A DNA stretch of 64,000 nucleotides, taken from the NCBI GenBank assembly GCA_021788015.1, contig JAJYLD010000005.1, forward strand, positions 349-64,348, given 5' to 3'. The notes under the pieces were generated by a model that did no database searches, was not told the origin of the DNA, and saw only the letters and a program-made list of their open reading frames with translations. Shown piece by piece: positions 26,839 to 35,982 of the stretch. Origin of the DNA: a bacterium. GTDB lineage: Bacteria; Patescibacteriota; Patescibacteriia; Patescibacteriales; JAKAJF01. The first letter of the stretch is position 1; each line of letters opens with the position of its first letter. The position numbers and the translations under genes are program-made.

Positions 26839-26917
26839 TTATTAAAGCTTAGGGTGTTTGAGTAAAACTTAACCTAAAATAAAAACGGGAATTAACTCCC
26901 GATAAAATTAAAATAAT

Positions 26918-27472
26918 ATGGTAACAATCATCATCTTGGTCATAATTGCCGTTATAATCATCTGGCTTATCGCCATGTATAATGGCTTGGTCACATTAAA
27001 AAATCGAACCGACGAAGCCTGGTCGGATATCGACGTGCAACTGAAAAGAAGGCACGATCTGATTCCGAATTTGGTTGAAACCGTCAAGGGTTACGCGGCG
27101 CACGAAAAAGAAACATTCGAAAAGGTGGTTCAGGCTCGCAATGCGGCCATGAATGTTAATGGCAGCGCCGCGGACAGGGCGCAAGCGGAAAATGCCTTGT
27201 CTTCCGCTTTAAAATCGGTTTTCGCTTTGGCGGAAAATTATCCCGACCTGAAAGCGAGTCAAAACTTTTTGGAATTGCAAAGAGAATTGACCGACACCGA
27301 GGACAAGATTCAGGCGGCGCGCAGATTTTATAACGGCAATGTCCGCGATTTGAACATTAAAATCGAATCTTTCCCGACAAATATCATGGCCGATTCGCTC
27401 GGGTTTAAAAAGAGAGACTTTTTCGAACTGGCCGCGCCGGAAGAAAGAGAGAATGTCAAAGTCAGTTTTTAG
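26918..27472 (+). CDS. lemA: LemA family protein
   Basis: N-terminal TM, then YNGLV.L...W.DIDVQLKRRHDLIPNLV...RFYN. Confidence 0.9.
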   Translation: MVTIIILVIIAVIIIWLIAMYNGLVTLKNRTDEAWSDIDVQLKRRHDLIPNLVETVKGYAAHEKETFEKVVQARNAAMNVNGSAADRAQAENALSSALKSVFALAENYPDLKASQNFLELQRELTDTEDKIQAARRFYNGNVRDLNIKIESFPTNIMADSLGFKKRDFFELAAPEERENVKVSF

Positions 27473-27503
27473 ATTTATTAGGTTTTAGGCTGGAAATAAT
27501 CAT

Positions 27504-28427
27504 ATGGCATCACTATACACGAATATCGATTCAAATAAACGAAAAACCTGGGTTTTGATGTCCGGATTTTTCATCGCGATAATTTTAATCGGTTATGTCT
27601 TCAGTATAGCCCTGAACAACTCCGGCATTCTTTATTTCGCCGTTATTTTCAGTATCGTTTCTTCTTTTATCAGTTATTGGTATTCGGATAAAATAGTTTT
27701 GGCCATGAGCTCGGCGCAACCGGTCGATCCCGACTCCAATCGCGAGCTTTATCGTCTCGTCGAGAATTTGTGCATTACCGCCGGCTTGCCGGTTCCGAAA
27801 ATTTACGTTATTGACGATTCGTCTCCGAACGCGTTCGCGACCGGTCGCGATCCGAAGCACGCCGCCATCGCTCTTACCTCCGGCATTCTCGCCAAACTGA
27901 ATAAAACCGAACTGGAAGGCGTAATCGCCCACGAGCTTTCCCATGTCGGCAATCGCGATATTTTAATTTCCACTTTGGTGACGGTCATGGTCGGAGTGGT
28001 TGTGCTCCTCGCCGATTGGTTCTGGCGTTGGTCGTTTTTCGGAGGCTTCGGAAACAGAGACGACAAAGATGTCGATTCGCGCATAGCCGCCATTTTAACG
28101 ATTCTCGCCGTTATCCTCGCGATTCTTGCTCCGCTTTTCGCCTATCTGATGCAATTCGCCATTTCAAGAAAACGGGAATTCTTGGCCGACGCTGACGGGG
28201 CTTTACTTACCCGTTATCCCGAAGGCTTGATCGGCGCGCTTGAAAAAATATCTTCGGATCAAAAACCTTTGGAAACCGCCAATCGCGCCACCGCCCATCT
28301 TTATATCGCCTCTCCTTTCAAAGACGATACCGGCGAACCCAAAAAAATCAGTTTTTGGAGAAAATTGTTTTTGACCCATCCGCCGATCGAAGAAAGAATC
28401 GCCGCTCTAAGAGGAATGAAAATATAA
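27504..28427 (+). CDS. htpX: M48 zinc protease HtpX
   Basis: HELSHV zinc motif, 4 TM segments, EFLADADGA. Confidence 0.9.
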   Translation: MASLYTNIDSNKRKTWVLMSGFFIAIILIGYVFSIALNNSGILYFAVIFSIVSSFISYWYSDKIVLAMSSAQPVDPDSNRELYRLVENLCITAGLPVPKIYVIDDSSPNAFATGRDPKHAAIALTSGILAKLNKTELEGVIAHELSHVGNRDILISTLVTVMVGVVVLLADWFWRWSFFGGFGNRDDKDVDSRIAAILTILAVILAILAPLFAYLMQFAISRKREFLADADGALLTRYPEGLIGALEKISSDQKPLETANRATAHLYIASPFKDDTGEPKKISFWRKLFLTHPPIEERIAALRGMKI

Positions 28428-28445
28428 AAATTATAAAAAATAAAA

Positions 28446-29006
28446 ATGGAAAAACAAAATTACAAAAAAAATTTGATTCGCGATTCGGGCTTGGTTTTCA
28501 TAAGCATACTCGTTGCGATTATTATCGCCCAAACCGGAATTTTAAAAAATTTTTTATTTTCCATCAAGGATTATAAAGTCATAGGCAGTTTTGTCGCCGG
28601 CGCTTTTTGGGTTTCCGCTTTTACGGTCGCCCCGGCCGCCGTTGTTCTTCTTGAAATCGCCAAAACGAATTCGATTTATCTCGTCGCTTTTTTCGGCAGT
28701 CTCGGCGCTCTGTTCGGCGACTTGTTTATTTTTCATATCATTAAGGACGATCTTTCCATGGATTTGAAATACGTCATCAAAAATTCGCGGTTCAGAAAAC
28801 TGGCGATGCTTTTTAAAATAAAAGTAATCAAGTGGATTTTGTCCGGACTCGGCGCGCTGGTTATCGCTTCGCCTTTGCCGGACGATATCGGTTTGACTTT
28901 GATGGGCGTATCGCGAATAAGCATGTATTTGTTCGTTCCTCTTTCTTTCGGCTTAAATTTTTTGGGCATTTTGGCGACGAATTTTGTGGTTGGAAAATTA
29001 ATCTAG
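28446..29006 (+). CDS. Integral membrane protein (hypothetical)
   Basis: 5-6 hydrophobic segments. No family recognised. Confidence 0.5.
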   Translation: MEKQNYKKNLIRDSGLVFISILVAIIIAQTGILKNFLFSIKDYKVIGSFVAGAFWVSAFTVAPAAVVLLEIAKTNSIYLVAFFGSLGALFGDLFIFHIIKDDLSMDLKYVIKNSRFRKLAMLFKIKVIKWILSGLGALVIASPLPDDIGLTLMGVSRISMYLFVPLSFGLNFLGILATNFVVGKLI

Positions 29007-29081
29007 GGTGTAGCGTATAGCGTTTAGGGTTTAGTTTTATTATCTATACCCTATACGCTATGCCCTAAACCCTCAAAACAT

Positions 29082-30035
29082 ATGACAACAAAACAAATTT
29101 ACGAGTTGGCCGTGAAAATGGGCGTAAGGGCCGATTTGCGCGGTCCGGAAAAAGTTAAAAAATATTTGGAACGATCAAAAAGGAAATACGAAAAACTCGA
29201 TTCGGAATCTAAAAAAGAATTCGATAAAGAAAAAATGACGAATCCGTACAGCGATACGAGAATTCTTGTCGATTTTAACAAAAAACAAATCAAGAAAGTT
29301 TTGACCGGAATAGACATGGAAGGCGCCGAAGTTTTGCTCGGCGACAAGCTCGGAGCAGACTTGATCATTTCTCATCACCCGGAAGGAAAGGCCTTGGCCG
29401 ATCTGCACAGTGTCATGGATCTGCAGGCGGAAGTGCTGGCCGATTACGGCGTGCCGATCAATATCGCCGAATCGGTTTTACGACCGCGCATTTCCGAAGT
29501 GTCACGCGGCATTTCCCCGGTTAATCACAACCGCGCGATCGATATCGCCAAAGTTTTAAAAATAGATTTCATGTGCACGCATACCATCGCGGACAATCTC
29601 GGCGCCCGCTTCCTTTATGACATGATTAAAAAGAAAAAAAAGGAACTGGAAACGGTCGGCGACGTTTTAAACATGTTAAAATCCATTCCCGAATTCAAAG
29701 AAGCGGTAAGGTATAACGCCGGTCCGACTTTGTTTGTCGGCAGTCCGGATAATAGCGCAGGCAAAATCGTTGTTACCGAATTTACCGGCGGCACGAGCGG
29801 CTCAAAAGAAATCTATGAAAAAATGGCGAATGCCGGCATCGGCACGATTATCGGCATGCATATGGGAGAGGAACACAGGAAAGAAGCGGAGAAATATCAT
29901 ATTAATGTCGTTATCGCCGGGCACATGGCTTCCGATTCTTTGGGTATGAATTTGTTTTTGGATGAACTCGAAAAACAAAAAATCGAAGTCATTCCGGTTT
30001 CGGGATTAATCAGAGTGAAAAGATTTAAAAACTGA
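29082..30035 (+). CDS. NIF3-like dinuclear-metal-centre protein
   Basis: LIISHHP... and GMHMGEEH...AGHMASD are NIF3-type metal ligand motifs. Confidence 0.65.
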   Translation: MTTKQIYELAVKMGVRADLRGPEKVKKYLERSKRKYEKLDSESKKEFDKEKMTNPYSDTRILVDFNKKQIKKVLTGIDMEGAEVLLGDKLGADLIISHHPEGKALADLHSVMDLQAEVLADYGVPINIAESVLRPRISEVSRGISPVNHNRAIDIAKVLKIDFMCTHTIADNLGARFLYDMIKKKKKELETVGDVLNMLKSIPEFKEAVRYNAGPTLFVGSPDNSAGKIVVTEFTGGTSGSKEIYEKMANAGIGTIIGMHMGEEHRKEAEKYHINVVIAGHMASDSLGMNLFLDELEKQKIEVIPVSGLIRVKRFKN

Positions 30036-30089
30036 GGTATTTTGTTGAGATTTTTGGGATAATTGGGTCCCAATAATCACAATTATCCC

Positions 30090-30782
30090 ATGAACAATAC
30101 TTATATTATTTCTCTCGGCGGCTCTTTGGTTGCGCCTAAAGAAGGAAAAGGAAGAATCGATTGGAAATTTTTGAAAAATTTCAGAAATTTGATTTTGAAA
30201 CAGGTTAAAAGAGGAAAAAAGTTTTTTATCATTGTCGGCGGCGGCATGACAACGAGAAATTATATCGAAGCCGTTAAAAAAGTGGTGAAAATCTCCAACG
30301 AAGATTTGGATTGGCTGGGCATCCATTCTACGCGCTTGAACGCCCATCTTTTGCGAACCGTGCTTCGCGATGTCGCTCATCCGGAAATTATCAAAAATCC
30401 GACTTTTCGATTGATCAGCGACAAAAAGGTGATAGTCGCCGGCGGATGGAAACCGGGATTTTCGACCGATTACGGCGCTACCATGATTGCGCAGGAATAC
30501 GGGGTGAAAAAAGTGATCAATCTTTCCGATTTCGATCATGTTTGCGACAAAGATCCGCGGAAATACAAAGACGCGAAAAAATTCGACGAAATAAGCTGGA
30601 AAGATTTTCGAAAGTTGGTGGGATCGAAATGGATTCCCGGCATGAGCGCGCCCTTCGATCCGATCGCTTCGCAGAAAGGGGAACGGCTCGGCCTTGAAGT
30701 CGTAATCATGAACGGAAAGAATTTAAAAAATTTGGAGCGGTATCTCGAGACGGGGAAAATTAAGGGAACAAAAATTGTCTGA
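30090..30782 (+). CDS. pyrH: UMP kinase (archaeal-type)
   Basis: IISLGGSLV and IIVGGG in an amino-acid-kinase fold. Confidence 0.75.
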   Translation: MNNTYIISLGGSLVAPKEGKGRIDWKFLKNFRNLILKQVKRGKKFFIIVGGGMTTRNYIEAVKKVVKISNEDLDWLGIHSTRLNAHLLRTVLRDVAHPEIIKNPTFRLISDKKVIVAGGWKPGFSTDYGATMIAQEYGVKKVINLSDFDHVCDKDPRKYKDAKKFDEISWKDFRKLVGSKWIPGMSAPFDPIASQKGERLGLEVVIMNGKNLKNLERYLETGKIKGTKIV

Positions 30783-30888
30783 ACCACTGATTAATACTGA
30801 AAAAAGACTGATTACACTATAAACTTTTTAGAAATTCGAATCACAATTACGAAATTTAGTGAATAAAAAAATAACCGATGGTTTTTAA

Positions 30889-31092
30889 TCATCGGTTTTT
30901 TTTGTTTTTTTCTCGGGCATCTTTTGCCCATAAGTATCCCACCAGTCCCGCTAAGAACAGTCCAATGACCGCAAGGGGATATATCAGCCAAAGAACGTAA
31001 TTTTCGATTTGCGGATAATGGCGGAGGGCTATTTTCGCGATCAGCCCAATAATTATACATGCCAAAAGAACTTCAACTTCGATGTTTTTCAT
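30889..31092 (-). CDS. Small two-TM membrane protein
   Basis: 67 aa, two hydrophobic helices, basic tail. GGAGGATGAAACGG upstream (SD-like). Confidence 0.45.
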   Translation of the reverse strand: MKNIEVEVLLACIIIGLIAKIALRHYPQIENYVLWLIYPLAVIGLFLAGLVGYLWAKDAREKNKKNR

Positions 31093-31144
31093 TCCGTTTC
31101 ATCCTCCATAGATGATATTGTAATGAATTAAAATAAAAAGTCAA

Positions 31145-31227
31145 AACGCTTCGCTAGGAGTTGCTTTCTTCCGTTGCGTCAGAATCTCCTGGAAGGGATT
31201 CTGACGGAGGCCCGCGACGTGAATGTC
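31145..31227. repeat. Family B repeat, partial or variant copy
   Basis: Shares aacgcttcgctaggagtt(g)ctttctt, then carries a different hairpin: CGTCAGAATCtcctggaagGGATTCTGACG. Confidence 0.6.
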
Positions 31228-31324
31228 AAAAATTAATTAACCATTTTATAATCTTTTTATAAATTTTTTATTTCCTTCCGAGCTTCTCTGCTTATACTGA
31301 AATTATAAAAATTAAAATGAATTC

Positions 31325-33805
31325 ATGAAAAAAAATCTGAAAATACTTTTTTTGTTTGTTTCTCTTTTTATTTTAAATCACAGCGCGCGCGCAAGTTCGA
31401 CTTCGGTGGTGATCAATGAAATCGCCTGGATGGGAACGGAAGCGAGCGCGAGTGACGAATGGATGGAACTTTATAATAATAGTGCGGAGGAAGTTGATTT
31501 GACCGGATGGACACTGGCCAGTTCCGATGGGAATATAAAAATTACTTTGGCCGGCAAGGTGAGCGCGAACGGATATTTTTTACTTGAGCGGACGGACGAT
31601 AACGCGGTAAGCGATATTGCGGCCGACCAAATCTATACCGGCAGCCTTTCCAATTCGGGAACAAAACTGGAATTGGATGACGCTTCCGGAAACGTCATCG
31701 ATTTCGTCGATTGCGCAAGCGGCTGGTTCGCCGGCGATAACGAAACAAAAGCGAGCATGGAAAGAAAAGATTCGGCGCAAGCGGGGGATAAAGACAATTG
31801 GATTACGAATGACGGAATTACGATAAACGGAAAAGACGCGAAAGGAAATAATTTAAAAGCGACGCCAAAAAATAAAAACAGTGCGGGGGCTTTAAATGAA
31901 AATCAAGACGCATCGTCAACTGCAACCGGCACTTCGGAAAATATGGCCACAACCACGACTGCGGACACCAGCGGTTCCGCTTCTTCCGATGTGAGCACCG
32001 GTTCCGACAGTTATGATTACAGCAATGACATAAAAATTTGGGAACTTTTTCCCAACCCGAAAGGCAATGATCGCGATGGCGAATTTATCGAATTGTTTAA
32101 CAAGGGAAAACGCGAAGTCGATTTGACGGGCTGGGCGCTGGAAAACGAAAGAGGACAAAGATACGAGTTGGACAATAAAACCATAAAATCGGAAAAGTAT
32201 TTGGTAATTACGAGAAAGGAAAGTAATATGGCTCTAAATAATCATGAAGATGAAATTAAACTTTTTCAGCCTTTGCACAAAAAAGCATCCCAAGTCGTAA
32301 GTTATAAAGATGCCGACGAAGACGTAAGTTATGCGTTTGACACAAAGAAAAATGTCTGGACCTGGACGAAAAAACCGACGCCGGGCGCGGAGAATATAAT
32401 TAATCATCCGCCCGAAATAAGTATCGACACGCCCGCGGAAATTACGGCGAAAGAAGACGTAATTTTCGATGCCTCGGATACGATTGACCCGGATAACGAT
32501 CCGGTAACTTATGTTTGGGATTTTGGCGATGGTGTGAAAAGCGATTTGGAAACACCGGATCATATATATTTGAAACCGGGGATTTATAAACTGAAATTGA
32601 CCGCATCGGACGGCAAAGATGAGGGCGGAACAGAAATAGACATAAAAGTTGCGTCCGCACCCGAACCGGAATTAATCGACGAGAAGATCGAAACCGGAGA
32701 TATTGTTCTAAACGAAATTTTTCCCAATCCGGCGGGCAGCGACGAAAACAAAGAATGGATCGAAATTCTTAATCGCGGCGATTCCGAAATAAATTTGGGA
32801 AATTGGAAAATTGAAAACGGAGAAAAAAGAAAATATAATTATGTTTTTGAAAATTTAATTTTGAAACCCGGAGAATTTTATGTCTTAAACAGGGAAGCAA
32901 GCGGCCTGACTTTAAAAAATTCCGGCGATAACGTAAATCTGTATAATCCCTTGGGCGGTTTGAACGATCATGTCGGATATGCAGCCGCACCCGAAGCAGA
33001 ATCTTATGCAAGAAATAAAGATGGAACATGGACATGGACAAAAATTTTAACTCCGGGCAAAGAAAACGTTATTCAGGAAGCGGTGATAAAAACAAAAACA
33101 AGAACAGTCTCAACGAAAAAGAAAAAAACAAGCGAAAACCTGCAAATAGTGGAAGGAATCGTCGAAGTAAAACCCGGCATTTTCGGTTCGCAATATTTTT
33201 ATGTTGCCGGCGAAAGCGGAGGGACGCAGGTTTATAATTATAAAAAAGATTTTCCGAATCTGGCCGTCGGCGATTTAGTCTCGGTCGCGGGCGAAGAAAC
33301 GACCTACAATAAAGAACCGAGAATTAAAACGGCGAACGCGGCTGCGATAAAAGTTTTGGCGCATAATCAAAAAATCGAACCGCGGGTTTTAAGTTGCGAC
33401 GAATTGAATGAAGATTATTTGGGAAAAATGGTCACAGTCGCCGGAGAAATAACGGGTAAGAGCGGTTCCGAAGTTTATGTCGATGACGGCAAGAACGAGG
33501 CCTTGGTTTATATTAAAAAAGGCACGGGAATAAAAACGCAAATTTTTGAAAACGGGAAAAACGTTTCCGTAACCGGCATAGTCGCGAACGCGCAAAACGG
33601 CGTTCAGGTTTTGCCGCGTTCGATGGACGATATTAAATTCGCGGCCGGTAACGGCGAAGTTTTGGGAACCGCCATAGGGGGCAACGAATGGGCGCTGGCG
33701 CAGAGAGACAAGCAAAACGAGTTTATGAAATACATGCTTATTTTATCCGGCGGTGTAATTTTGATTTTGGGAGGGTGGATGGTGAAGTTAGGAAGTAGGA
33801 AGTAG
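31325..33805 (+). CDS. Secreted, C-terminally anchored protein with three lamin-tail (LTD) domains, a PKD domain and an OB-fold-like region
   Basis: Signal peptide. VVINEIAWMG / IWELFPNP / LNEIFPNP starts are typical of LTD. PKD-like YVWDFGDG. C-terminal TM LILSGGVILILGGWMV. Confidence 0.7.
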   Translation: MKKNLKILFLFVSLFILNHSARASSTSVVINEIAWMGTEASASDEWMELYNNSAEEVDLTGWTLASSDGNIKITLAGKVSANGYFLLERTDDNAVSDIAADQIYTGSLSNSGTKLELDDASGNVIDFVDCASGWFAGDNETKASMERKDSAQAGDKDNWITNDGITINGKDAKGNNLKATPKNKNSAGALNENQDASSTATGTSENMATTTTADTSGSASSDVSTGSDSYDYSNDIKIWELFPNPKGNDRDGEFIELFNKGKREVDLTGWALENERGQRYELDNKTIKSEKYLVITRKESNMALNNHEDEIKLFQPLHKKASQVVSYKDADEDVSYAFDTKKNVWTWTKKPTPGAENIINHPPEISIDTPAEITAKEDVIFDASDTIDPDNDPVTYVWDFGDGVKSDLETPDHIYLKPGIYKLKLTASDGKDEGGTEIDIKVASAPEPELIDEKIETGDIVLNEIFPNPAGSDENKEWIEILNRGDSEINLGNWKIENGEKRKYNYVFENLILKPGEFYVLNREASGLTLKNSGDNVNLYNPLGGLNDHVGYAAAPEAESYARNKDGTWTWTKILTPGKENVIQEAVIKTKTRTVSTKKKKTSENLQIVEGIVEVKPGIFGSQYFYVAGESGGTQVYNYKKDFPNLAVGDLVSVAGEETTYNKEPRIKTANAAAIKVLAHNQKIEPRVLSCDELNEDYLGKMVTVAGEITGKSGSEVYVDDGKNEALVYIKKGTGIKTQIFENGKNVSVTGIVANAQNGVQVLPRSMDDIKFAAGNGEVLGTAIGGNEWALAQRDKQNEFMKYMLILSGGVILILGGWMVKLGSRK

Positions 33806-33816
33806 GAGTTATTGCC

Positions 33817-33847
33817 GGCTCCATAGTCTCTTTAGAGCTATGGAGCC
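33817..33847 (+). repeat. REP-like hairpin upstream of the transposase
   Basis: GGCTCCATAG tctctttagag CTATGGAGCC. Confidence 0.8.
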
Positions 33848-33874
33848 ATAGTGCAAGATGTTTAATTAAAACAA

Positions 33875-34419
33875 ATGCCGACATTAAGAATAAACAAAGA
33901 AAATGAAAATTTGATTCATTTTTTAACTATAACGGTTATTGAATGGATCGATATATTTACCAAGCCGGAGTATTGCAAAATAATTACAGACAGTCTGAAA
34001 TTTTGCCGAGAAAATAAAGGGTTAATTTTATATGGATATGTAATTATGCCAAATCATATTCATCTGTTAGTTGGAGCAAGGGGAAGTTTTAATTTATCGC
34101 AAATTATCAGCGATTTTAAAAAACACACAACCAGAGAAATTTTGAAAACATTAAAAAAGATAACAGAAGGTATATTCTGAATCTAATTAAAAATAGCTTC
34201 GTCAGAAAAGAAAATTACAATGACCAAATTTGGCAGAGAGAAAATTATCCGGAAGTCATAACTAGTGAAAAGTTCTTCTTTGAAAAATTAAATTATATTC
34301 ATAATAATCCCGTTAAAAAAGAATTTGTAGAAAAACCGGAAGATTGGCTTTATTCATCAGCAAGAAATACAATTTTACACGGTAACAGCGTAATTGAAAT
34401 TGACGATTGGAGTGGATAA
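33875..34419 (+). mobile_element. RayT / IS200-like HUH (Y1) transposase in two frames joined at A_AAA_AAG (34153-34159)
   Basis: Frame 1 (33875-34180) has the HUH motif MPNHIHLLV. The -1 frame from 34159 reads DNRRYIL...IWQRENYPEVI...LNYIHNNPVKKEFV..PEDWLYSS up to TAA 34417-19. Confidence 0.75.
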
Positions 34420-34430
34420 GTCTGCATTTA

Positions 34431-34460
34431 GGCTCCACAGCCCTTCGGGACTATGGAGCC
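34431..34460 (+). repeat. REP-like hairpin downstream of the transposase
   Basis: GGCTCCACAG cccttcggga CTATGGAGCC. Same orientation as 33817-33847. Confidence 0.8.
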
Positions 34461-34464
34461 AGCC

Positions 34465-34611
34465 AACGCTTCGCTAGGAGTTACTTTCTTGTAACCAAGA
34501 AAGTAACCAAAGAAGTTTCGGGGGCTCCAATTCGCTATAACATTGATTAGAATTTTCGTCTCTCACCCTGGCGCTCAATTCCGCCCCCGAACCCTATTAG
34601 TGTTCTGAATA
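34465..34611. repeat. Family B repeat, copy 2
   Basis: The first ~80 nt are identical to 15304-15383. It directly abuts the right REP hairpin. Confidence 0.8.
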
Positions 34612-34749
34612 ATTTTAACAATTTAAAATTTCGCAATTTAACCAAATTTAAAAGGGAGTCAAAATGATTTCCCTTTTTTAAGTAGGAGAAGGGAGGAACA
34701 CGAAGTCCCTCCCCTTTGGAGTCATCCCCTTCCTTTCCGACTTTCTTTG

Positions 34750-35229
34750 TTAGACGCTGGCCCTGGCTGCTTTTGTGTCGGTTGTGAGCGCCATAATCGT
34801 CCCGGCACGCGCTACCGCATTGACCGTTCCGCCGGTGCCCAGGAGAGCCGTATATGCCGCGCCGTTGGTGCCGGCATTCGGGGTGGTCATCATAATAGCG
34901 AACATGGAGGTCCCACTAGGGGCGTACGCCATTGCCCTTGGTCCCGCCTTCAGAGAGGTAGAGGGAGCTACCGATATCGCCGCGTTTTCGGCCGCGTATA
35001 TGTCGTCGATCATCGGGGCCGTCGCGCCGCTGTTTTCCACTATCATTTCGCTTAAACTGGCCGTCATGCCGGGGCATGCGGGCATGTTGGCTTGATGTAC
35101 CAAGTTGAACACCGTGTTCGCCGGGGCCGCTGCCAAAGTCGGACCGGGTGGCGCGGTCGCGAACACGAAGGAGGCGAGACCGAGCACAAGAAGAACGGAC
35201 AGAATAGGAATTGCTACCCTTTTCATCAT
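34750..35229 (-). CDS. Secreted Ala/Gly/Thr/Met-rich protein in a strongly GC-rich patch (hypothetical)
   Basis: GGAGGG SD 5 nt before ATG 35229. Signal peptide MMKRVAIPILSVLLVLGLASFVFA. Composition is unlike the neighbouring genes. Confidence 0.6.
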   Translation of the reverse strand: MMKRVAIPILSVLLVLGLASFVFATAPPGPTLAAAPANTVFNLVHQANMPACPGMTASLSEMIVENSGATAPMIDDIYAAENAAISVAPSTSLKAGPRAMAYAPSGTSMFAIMMTTPNAGTNGAAYTALLGTGGTVNAVARAGTIMALTTDTKAARASV

Positions 35230-35294
35230 TTTGCCCTCCATTGAGTTATTTGCCGAACGTCTACCCTAACCGGCTGACCTTGCCCTTGGCGCAT
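35226..35294 (-). other. 22-codon upstream ORF coupled by ATGA to the GC-rich secreted-protein gene
   Basis: GAAAGGAGG SD, ATG 35294, MRQGQGQPVRVDVRQITQWRAK. The TGA overlaps the ATG at 35229. Confidence 0.35.
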
Positions 35295-35704
35295 ACCTCC
35301 TTTCTTTTCCGGTGTTGGATTATCTCAGTAATCCTCGACCGGTTTAACGAGCGCGGGAATTCCGCGCTTCTGGTTTATAAAGAACGTCTCAATGTCAATA
35401 ATTAAAATAATAAGGTAAATAAAAGATAGCGTCAAGAAATTTTATCCACAGTTAGAAAAAATAATATTGACTAAACTTTATGAATGTAAGATGATAAAAG
35501 AAAACTGGAAAGGCACGATCTTTAAAATACGTTTTTGTCGCGATTACGGGAGGTGGGAATGAGCCCAAAAGGGATTAAGGAAGCGGCCGAATTTTTCCCT
35601 TTGCTTTTTTTCATGATTTTTTTATTAAAGTTTCTTTTTAAAAAATGGCGGGCAAAGCCGCGGTACGGTTATCTCGCGGCGTTCAAAGACGCGCCTTGGG
35701 AGGC

Positions 35705-35842
35705 ATGGAACCTATGAGCATAATGGCGGAAGTCGCGGACGCAATAAACGCTATCGGGTATGAATATTTAATACCGGTTTTAGCGGTATTGCTTTTGGCC
35801 GTAATTTTCATTCAATGGCCAAGAACAAAAAAACGGCCTTAA
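35705..35842 (+). CDS. Small membrane protein (about 45 aa, hypothetical)
   Basis: GGGAGG SD. TM segment LIPVLAVLLLAVIFI. A clean terminator follows. ATG 35714 is also possible. Confidence 0.4.
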   Translation: MEPMSIMAEVADAINAIGYEYLIPVLAVLLLAVIFIQWPRTKKRP

Positions 35843-35876
35843 CCTGCTTTATACCTTCAAAGCAGGTCTTTTTTTT
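35842..35876 (+). terminator. Intrinsic terminator
   Basis: ACCTGCTTT ataccttc AAAGCAGGT plus T8. Confidence 0.8.
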
Positions 35877-35982
35877 GGGTTTGAGACATGGTATAATTTT
35901 AATTAGGAAGCAGGACATAGGATTGTAGGATGTAGTAATTTAAAATAAAAATTTTTAACCACAAACCTACATCCTAAATTAT

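Noticed and set aside
34747-35095. Plus-strand ORFs (102 and 106 aa) in the GC-rich islet.
   Set aside because: They are antisense to an SD-led, signal-peptide-bearing minus-strand gene. Long spurious ORFs are expected in GC-rich DNA.
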